Source: Raphidiopsis brookii D9
Lineage (GTDB): Bacteria > Cyanobacteriota > Cyanobacteriia > Cyanobacteriales > Nostocaceae
Assembly: GCA_000175855.1 (NCBI GenBank)
Contig: ACYB01000042.1
Location: forward strand, 240,368-272,367
Reading direction: 5' to 3'
DNA length: 32,000 nucleotides
Shown here: piece after piece, positions 27,371 through 32,000 of the stretch
How the letters are laid out: each line of letters begins with the position of its first letter
How positions within the stretch are numbered: position 1 is the stretch's first letter
Made by a program: the position numbers and the translations under genes
Notes under the pieces: generated by a model
The model's database searches: none
What the model was told of the DNA's origin: nothing
Seen by the model: only the letters and a program-made list of their open reading frames with translations

Positions 27371-27950
27371 AAAATTGCCTTTTTTAGTGGTGTTAGTGGT
27401 GGGACTAATAATTTTATTGGCCCAAAATCTTGCTCCCACCTTACCCCTAATGTTCTTGGGAATGCGGAGTCGTCCCCTACCTCTAGCTTTGTGGATTTTA
27501 TTTAGCATTACTGCTGGTGGTTTAACATCTTTACTTATTAGCACTTTTATTGGCACCCTGTGGAAAATCACTGGGTACTCCACCACTGAGACTGGTTCAT
27601 CTGCTCCCCCAAGTGGATCAAAATCTAAATCTTTTGATAATTATAGTCAAGAGAATATACCCAGGGAAAAGAGCAGGGATGAATTTGATGATTGGCAAAT
27701 GAGTTCCCAGGAAGGTGATGACTGGGATTCGACTCAACCACCAAAATCACCAACCCAGCGGAATGCTTCTCCTTCCGACTCCGTTTATTCCTACAGTTCC
27801 CAGTCACCTAAAAATACTGGGGTGGGGAAAACTGAATCCATTTATGATGCGGACTATCGAGTCATTATTCCCCCCTATCAACCCCCAAGCACCAAGAAAA
27901 GTGATAATGATACTGATGATGATTGGGATTTTTTGACAGATGAGGAATAG
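27360..27950 (+). CDS. LapA-domain (DUF1049-like) membrane protein with acidic Ser/Asp-rich tail
   Basis: 196-aa ORF with a GTG start overlapping the prfB stop by 11 nt. Two N-terminal TM helices (LPFLVVLVVGLIILLAQN...LPLALWILFSITAGGLTSLLISTFIG) are followed by a low-complexity acidic C-terminus. aroK starts 3 nt after its stop. Confidence 0.55.
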   Translation: MVSRKLPFLVVLVVGLIILLAQNLAPTLPLMFLGMRSRPLPLALWILFSITAGGLTSLLISTFIGTLWKITGYSTTETGSSAPPSGSKSKSFDNYSQENIPREKSRDEFDDWQMSSQEGDDWDSTQPPKSPTQRNASPSDSVYSYSSQSPKNTGVGKTESIYDADYRVIIPPYQPPSTKKSDNDTDDDWDFLTDEE

Positions 27951-27953
27951 ATC

Positions 27954-28457
27954 ATGGATGCTTCAATCAAGCAATCATTAAAAGGAGTAAACCTATATTT
28001 AATTGGCATGATGGGAAGTGGTAAAACTACCATTGGTAGTTTACTAGCACAAGCAGTCAATTATAGTTTTATAGATACTGATGAAGTTATAGTCAAAGCT
28101 GCGGGTAAACCCATCAGCGACATTTTCACCACCGAGGGAGAAACAGCATTTCGTCAACTGGAGAGTAATGTTTTAGCTCAAGTCTGTGCCTACACTAAAT
28201 TAACCATTGCTACGGGTGGAGGCATTGTTCTGCGCCGAGAAAATTGGAGTTATCTCCATCATGGATTAATAATTTGGCTTGATGTATCAGTAGAAATACT
28301 ACTAGAGAGATTAAAAGAAGATCAAACAAGACCTCTTTTACAACACCCAGACCCCCAGAGTAAATTGCGATCGCTTTTAGATGAGCGTTATAGTTTATAC
28401 TCGCAAGCCGATTTACATATTGAGATTACCCAACAGGAACACCAGGACAAACTGTGA
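27954..28457 (+). CDS. aroK: shikimate kinase (C-terminus probably continues to 28519 after a 1-nt correction)
   Basis: Walker A GMMGSGKTT, a DTD motif and GGG(I)V. As given it stops at 28455-28457. See the aroK finding for the alternative C-terminus. Confidence 0.9.
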   Translation: MDASIKQSLKGVNLYLIGMMGSGKTTIGSLLAQAVNYSFIDTDEVIVKAAGKPISDIFTTEGETAFRQLESNVLAQVCAYTKLTIATGGGIVLRRENWSYLHHGLIIWLDVSVEILLERLKEDQTRPLLQHPDPQSKLRSLLDERYSLYSQADLHIEITQQEHQDKL

Positions 28458-28582
28458 CCAATATTCTGCAGGCAATTCCCGGAGTTTTAAAAACACCGGT
28501 GGAGAAATCCCAAAATTAACCCAGCCATCTATTATATTTAGTTTCATAGCAAATTCAGCATCAAACTTGGAATATTTACATA

Positions 28583-29473
28583 ATGGTTAACGATATTGAG
28601 TATATCAGGCAAGCAGAAGCTACCCGCGTTAAAATTCTCAGCGAAGCTCTACCATATATCCAACAATTTTCAGGTCGTACCGTAGTAGTTAAATATGGGG
28701 GTGCGGCAATGAAAGACAGTAATCTTAAAGACAAAGTTATTCGTGACATTGTATTTTTATCTTGTGTTGGTCTAAGACCAATTTTGGTTCATGGTGGTGG
28801 ACCTGAGATTAATAGCTGGTTAGATAAACTAGGGATCGAACCACAATTTAAAAATGGCCTGCGAGTAACGGATGCACCAACCATGGATGTAGTAGAAATG
28901 GTGCTGGTAGGTAGAGTCAATAAAGAAATAGTCTCTCTGATTAACCAATCTGGTGGTATGGGAGTGGGACTGTGTGGTAAAGATGGTAATTTGATTACTG
29001 CTCGTCCCCAGGGAGATGAAAGTATTGGTTTTGTTGGGGAAGTCAGCAGTATTAATATCAAGATTCTAGAAACCCTTTCTAAAAGTGGTTATATTCCAGT
29101 AGTTTCTAGCGTAGCAGCTGATGATAGCGGACAGGCTTATAACATTAACGCTGATACGGTAGCAGGAGAGATAGCAGCTGCTTTGGGGGCGGAAAAATTA
29201 ATTTTATTAACGGATACTAGGGGGATTTTAACAAACTACAAAGATCCATCTACTTTGATTCCTAAAGTAGATATTAGAGAAGCAAGAGAATTGATTAATG
29301 ATGGTATAGTGAGTGGGGGTATGATCCCCAAGGTTAACTGCTGTGTGCGCTCTCTTGCTCAGGGGGTAAAGGCCGCCCATATAATTGATGGTCGTATTCC
29401 CCATGCTCTCTTGTTAGAAATATTCACGGATGTAGGGATTGGAACTATGATTTTAGGATCTCAGTTTCAGTAA
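28583..29473 (+). CDS. argB: acetylglutamate kinase
   Basis: 296-aa ORF with motifs [17 protein letters not shown] and NINADT typical of ArgB. Confidence 0.93.
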   Translation: MVNDIEYIRQAEATRVKILSEALPYIQQFSGRTVVVKYGGAAMKDSNLKDKVIRDIVFLSCVGLRPILVHGGGPEINSWLDKLGIEPQFKNGLRVTDAPTMDVVEMVLVGRVNKEIVSLINQSGGMGVGLCGKDGNLITARPQGDESIGFVGEVSSINIKILETLSKSGYIPVVSSVAADDSGQAYNINADTVAGEIAAALGAEKLILLTDTRGILTNYKDPSTLIPKVDIREARELINDGIVSGGMIPKVNCCVRSLAQGVKAAHIIDGRIPHALLLEIFTDVGIGTMILGSQFQ

Positions 29474-29561
29474 CTACCAATAGGGCTTGTATCCAAAAGT
29501 TTCTCGACGGAGCTAGAGGAGAAATTTAAGCCCTAGGAAACTATTAATGAACTAATCACCA

Positions 29562-30077
29562 ATGGGTACAGAAAACCTAGAAACTGCAAGAAATCTCTAC
29601 TCCCAGGGCAAAATTGCCTTTGAGAACGGAGAATATCAACAATCTGTAGATAATTTGGAAAAAGCTACCAGTCTACTGTTGCAAAATTCTCGCTTTGCTG
29701 GAGAAGTAAATATCTGGTTAGTTAACGCTTATGAAGCTACGGGAAGATCCCAAGAAGCGATCGCCCTTTGTCAACAGCTTTCCCATCATCCCCATTATGA
29801 AGTTAAATCCCAGGCTAAGCGCTTAGTCTACATATTAAAAGCTCCCAAACTCAAACGACCAAAAGAATGGATGACAGAGATACCTGATTTTGCTACAATT
29901 TCTGAGGGTCAAACCAAAACCCTAATTGCTCCGCAAAAATCGACTGCGCCCAAGAAGTCCCCGGATTCAGAATATGTGGATCTTAGTCAGGTAAACACAC
30001 AGGATAATCTTTTTATTTGGGTGGCTTTAATTATTGCTGCTTGTACTATTTCCTATTTAGTTTGGTTGAGTTTCTGA
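29562..30077 (+). CDS. conserved hypothetical protein, TPR-like N-terminus and C-terminal TM anchor
   Basis: 171-aa ORF with a helical repeat-like N-terminal half and a C-terminal hydrophobic segment LFIWVALIIAACTISYLVWLSF. Confidence 0.5.
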   Translation: MGTENLETARNLYSQGKIAFENGEYQQSVDNLEKATSLLLQNSRFAGEVNIWLVNAYEATGRSQEAIALCQQLSHHPHYEVKSQAKRLVYILKAPKLKRPKEWMTEIPDFATISEGQTKTLIAPQKSTAPKKSPDSEYVDLSQVNTQDNLFIWVALIIAACTISYLVWLSF

Positions 30078-30208
30078 ATAAGGTTTAGACGTAGTTTACC
30101 TTTCCTAAAAGAAAAAATATATGGCCACATACAAAACCACAAGGTTGGTTTTTAAAAACAGGATCCATAGTAGAAGCTTAATAAAAGCTGGCAAAAAACT
30201 CCAAAAGG

Positions 30209-30910
30209 GTGATGATGATTTTAATCATCTTTATGTCTTTAATTTTATCCGGTTGTGTAGAATACAACCTGGGTATTAATTTTCATGACACTAATAATGC
30301 TGAATGGGTACAACACATTCGGATTGCTGAAAACTTGACCAGTTTCAGCAGTGATTATTTACGGGAGTGGTTTAATGCTTTATCTCGACGCGTTACCAAC
30401 ATAGGGGGTTCCACTAAATATATTTCTCCTGGTGAACTAATGGTGAGAATACCTTTTACTCATGGTCAGGAACTAAAGGAGAAATTGGCCAGTTTTTATC
30501 CACGCTCCCTACAAAACTCTCTCCATGAACCAATCAATATTACTTCCAACATAACTCTAAAAGAAAATAACTTTTTGTTCCTATCCAGAAATAATTTAAT
30601 TTATCAATTAGATTTGCGCTCTTTAGCAGGAGTGGTCGCACAGCAAAACAGTTCGGATACAACTCAAATTCCCCTCTTCAACATAGACTTTACCCTGAAA
30701 ACACCCTGGGGAATCAAGAATATTAATTCCACGGTAAAACCTCTCCCACCAGAAACAAATAACCGACAAACAACATGGCAAATGCAACTGGGAGAGTTAA
30801 ATCAAATAGAGGTAGTGTTTTGGCTCCCCAATATGCTTAGTATTGGAGCTTTGATAATTATTATTTTAGTTTGGTGCGGTTACTACTTGAAATATTCCAG
30901 GTTAAGTTAA
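30209..30910 (+). CDS. DUF3153-like membrane/lipoprotein
   Basis: 233-aa ORF. The N-terminal LILSGCVEYNLGINF...VQHIRI..NLTSFS pattern and the C-terminal TM IGALIIIILVWCGYYL resemble the cyanobacterial DUF3153 family as I recall. Start uncertain (GTG 30209, or ATG 30212/30215). Confidence 0.5.
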   Translation: MMMILIIFMSLILSGCVEYNLGINFHDTNNAEWVQHIRIAENLTSFSSDYLREWFNALSRRVTNIGGSTKYISPGELMVRIPFTHGQELKEKLASFYPRSLQNSLHEPINITSNITLKENNFLFLSRNNLIYQLDLRSLAGVVAQQNSSDTTQIPLFNIDFTLKTPWGIKNINSTVKPLPPETNNRQTTWQMQLGELNQIEVVFWLPNMLSIGALIIIILVWCGYYLKYSRLS

Positions 30911-31040
30911 GTAAGTCGGCTCATAATTCTGAGATTTATTATTATAATTACTCATGGTGTTTTTTAAACTTTTACCATCAATTGCAATCCAATCTTCTTT
31001 ACAGCAACACATTTAATTGTGAATTCTGTTGACGCATAAT

Positions 31041-31087
31041 ACAGTGAGTGCGAGTGCTTCGCAATCGCACTTGCGAGATCCCACTGT
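31041..31087. other. nested imperfect inverted repeat (potential RNA stem-loop) in convergent intergenic region
   Basis: The outer stem is ACAGTG (31041-46) with CACTGT (31082-87). The inner 8-bp stem is GCGAGTGC (31050-57) with GCACTTGC (31067-74), including one G-T pair, around the loop TTCGCAATC. A competing pairing is GTGAGT (31044-49) with ACTCAC (31088-93). Confidence 0.5.
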
Positions 31088-31095
31088 ACTCACAC

Positions 31096-31111
31096 CCGGG
31101 CGATCGCCCGG
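31096..31111. repeat. 16-bp perfect palindrome CCGGGCGATCGCCCGG (extended HIP1)
   Basis: Read directly; self-complementary, with the core GCGATCGC at 31100-31107. Confidence 0.9.
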
Positions 31112-31192
31112 TGAATTATACCAGCAAAAAACCATCTATCTAAACACAGAAAAGCTTATAAGAGAGATTAAAAAAATCTTAACATCCCAATA

Positions 31193-32000
31193 TCATTGCT
31201 CCTGATTTTTTATTTGGTTGACACCCAATTGAGACAGAATAATTGCCAAGCGCTCCAGAGTCTCTGGTGAAAGTCCTTCTAAGAGGTCCTGAAGAGAATA
31301 TTGCTTTAACACCTCTTTTGGAGAATATTGCTTGATCTCTTCCGGAGAATATTGCTTTAACACCTCTTCAGTCGGTATATCTCTCAAGTGATTTATTACA
31401 AAATCTTTTTTAAATTGCTCTAATGTATATGTCATTGGTAGTTTCTCCTTTAAGTAAAACTCATATAGTTGCTGCATTAACACGCTATGCTCGCTATTGA
31501 GGTAAATTTCTTGATAATGGCTAATCGCTTCTTCTACCACTTCTGCTTTTGCACTAAACAGTCTCCACAACTCATTATTGGCACTTTTAGGTATTTTAGA
31601 AAGCACTATCAGTCTAACGTTCATACCAACACATTCTATATCATAAACCCCTTGACTGACACCTTTCCATTTTAATTTCCCCATTAATTGGGTCGGTTCG
31701 TGGGTTGTTAATCCATAAAGTTTGTAGTCCTCCTCTGGTAGCAGATTCGACAAAGATTTACTTGTTTGCTTCCGATAATTGACATAGTGTCCTATTAATT
31801 CCATTAGTGACCAAACCGTGAATGATTCATGGATGGACTTATAGCTGATTAGGTTGTGTTTAGACATGTTTTCTAAACCTGCTGGATACAGATTGAATCC
31901 GCTGTCTTTATATCTCTTAATGATTATGACGTCTAGCAGTTGTTTTCTGATGGTTAGATCCTTTTCTACTTCCACCTCATAAGGGCTACCATAGAAGTGA
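31193..32000 (-). CDS. multi-copy cyanobacterial nuclease/putative-transposase-like protein (Rpn / PD-(D/E)XK-like), 5' end outside window
   Basis: The frame stays open to base 32000 (…HFYGSPYEVEVEKDLTIRKQLLDVIIIKRY…), so the gene is truncated by the window edge. The central block NLISYKSIHESFTVWSLMELIGHYVNYRKQ and the repetitive C-terminal (L/I)KQYSP(E/K)E units resemble a family usually annotated as putative transposase or recombination-promoting nuclease. The assignment is from memory only. Confidence 0.4.
   Translation of the reverse strand, partial: HFYGSPYEVEVEKDLTIRKQLLDVIIIKRYKDSGFNLYPAGLENMSKHNLISYKSIHESFTVWSLMELIGHYVNYRKQTSKSLSNLLPEEDYKLYGLTTHEPTQLMGKLKWKGVSQGVYDIECVGMNVRLIVLSKIPKSANNELWRLFSAKAEVVEEAISHYQEIYLNSEHSVLMQQLYEFYLKEKLPMTYTLEQFKKDFVINHLRDIPTEEVLKQYSPEEIKQYSPKEVLKQYSLQDLLEGLSPETLERLAIILSQLGVNQIKNQEQ
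31294..31368 (-). repeat. intragenic tandem repeat (periods 27 and 24 nt)
   Basis: GAGAATATTGCTTTAACACCTCTT occurs identically at 31294-31317 and 31345-31368. A third unit at 31321-31343 shares the first 13 nt. On the minus strand this encodes EEVLKQYSPEEIKQYSPKEVLKQYS. Confidence 0.85.

Noticed and set aside
27134-27586. 150-aa minus-strand ORF
   Set aside because: It is antisense to the prfB 3' end and the LapA-like 5' end. Both sense genes are well supported, and its composition is typical of a shadow ORF.
28381-28590. 69-aa plus-strand ORF across the aroK-argB gap
   Set aside because: It is the third frame over the aroK 3' end. The aroK frame and its -1 continuation explain the region better.
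29481-29535. 8-bp inverted repeat TAGGGCTT…AAGCCCTA downstream of argB
   Set aside because: The 39-nt loop and the absence of a U tract make a terminator call unsafe, and chance occurrence is not excluded.
30140-30160. AAAACCA-caaggt-TGGTTTT hairpin downstream of the TPR-like gene
   Set aside because: The stem is almost entirely A-T with only a 3-bp GC core. It is too weak to call as a terminator.
30121-30215. Possible N-terminal extension of the DUF3153-like gene from ATG 30121 via a 1-nt correction in A6 (30193-30198)
   Set aside because: The upstream frame (MATYKTTRLVFKNRIHSRSLIKAGKK…) has no recognisable features. The joined signal peptide is plausible but not compelling, and GTG 30209 or ATG 30212 already gives a usable lipoprotein-like start. 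The support is too weak to count as a seventh frameshift.
1-32000. Search for tRNA, rRNA, CRISPR arrays, known riboswitches, IS elements with terminal inverted repeats, and defence-system gene pairs
   Set aside because: By eye I saw no T-loop/GTTCGAATC-like motifs, no regularly spaced 25-40-nt repeats, no long terminal inverted repeats and no toxin-antitoxin-sized gene pairs. Except for the right edge, the window reads as a core-genome region.

Overview
This is a chromosomal, mostly housekeeping segment of a cyanobacterium. I located 14 copies of the HIP1 octamer GCGATCGC by eye, and the gene content fits. From recollected orthologues it looks like a filamentous Nostocales-type genome, but that is unverified. 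Gene order: 3' end of an unidentified CDS; an orphan ParA-like ATPase; ureD-ureA-ureB-ureC; a class-3 aldehyde dehydrogenase; rpmF (L32, absent from the ORF track); a caspase-like protein with a substituted catalytic dyad; a Mo-nitrogenase-C-domain protein; the conserved asd-dapA-rnj block; tig-clpP-clpX; an alpha/beta hydrolase; two tandem DUF29 paralogues; a NatB-like amino-acid binding lipoprotein; a small outer-membrane barrel protein; sbcC; an SH3-domain membrane protein; a Ycf46-type AAA ATPase; a BI-1/YccA-type membrane protein; prfB with its programmed +1 frameshift; a LapA-domain protein; aroK; argB; two conserved hypothetical membrane proteins; and, at the right edge, a truncated multi-copy nuclease/transposase-like gene. 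I found no rRNA, tRNA, CRISPR array or recognisable defence or mobile island, and I do not see a convincing novel multi-gene system. Four points deserve a second look. (1) Five clear and one probable single-base frame disruptions sit in short nucleotide runs (homopolymers of 3-7 nt for the clear cases) inside conserved genes, including clpX; this looks more like sequencing or assembly indel error than biology, with genome erosion as the alternative. (2) The caspase-like protein has Tyr/Asn in place of the catalytic His/Cys. (3) The DUF29 pair has a 152-nt near-identical 5' tract and strongly diverged 3' halves. (4) A structured convergent intergenic region at about 31.04-31.12 kb has nested inverted repeats and an extended HIP1 palindrome.
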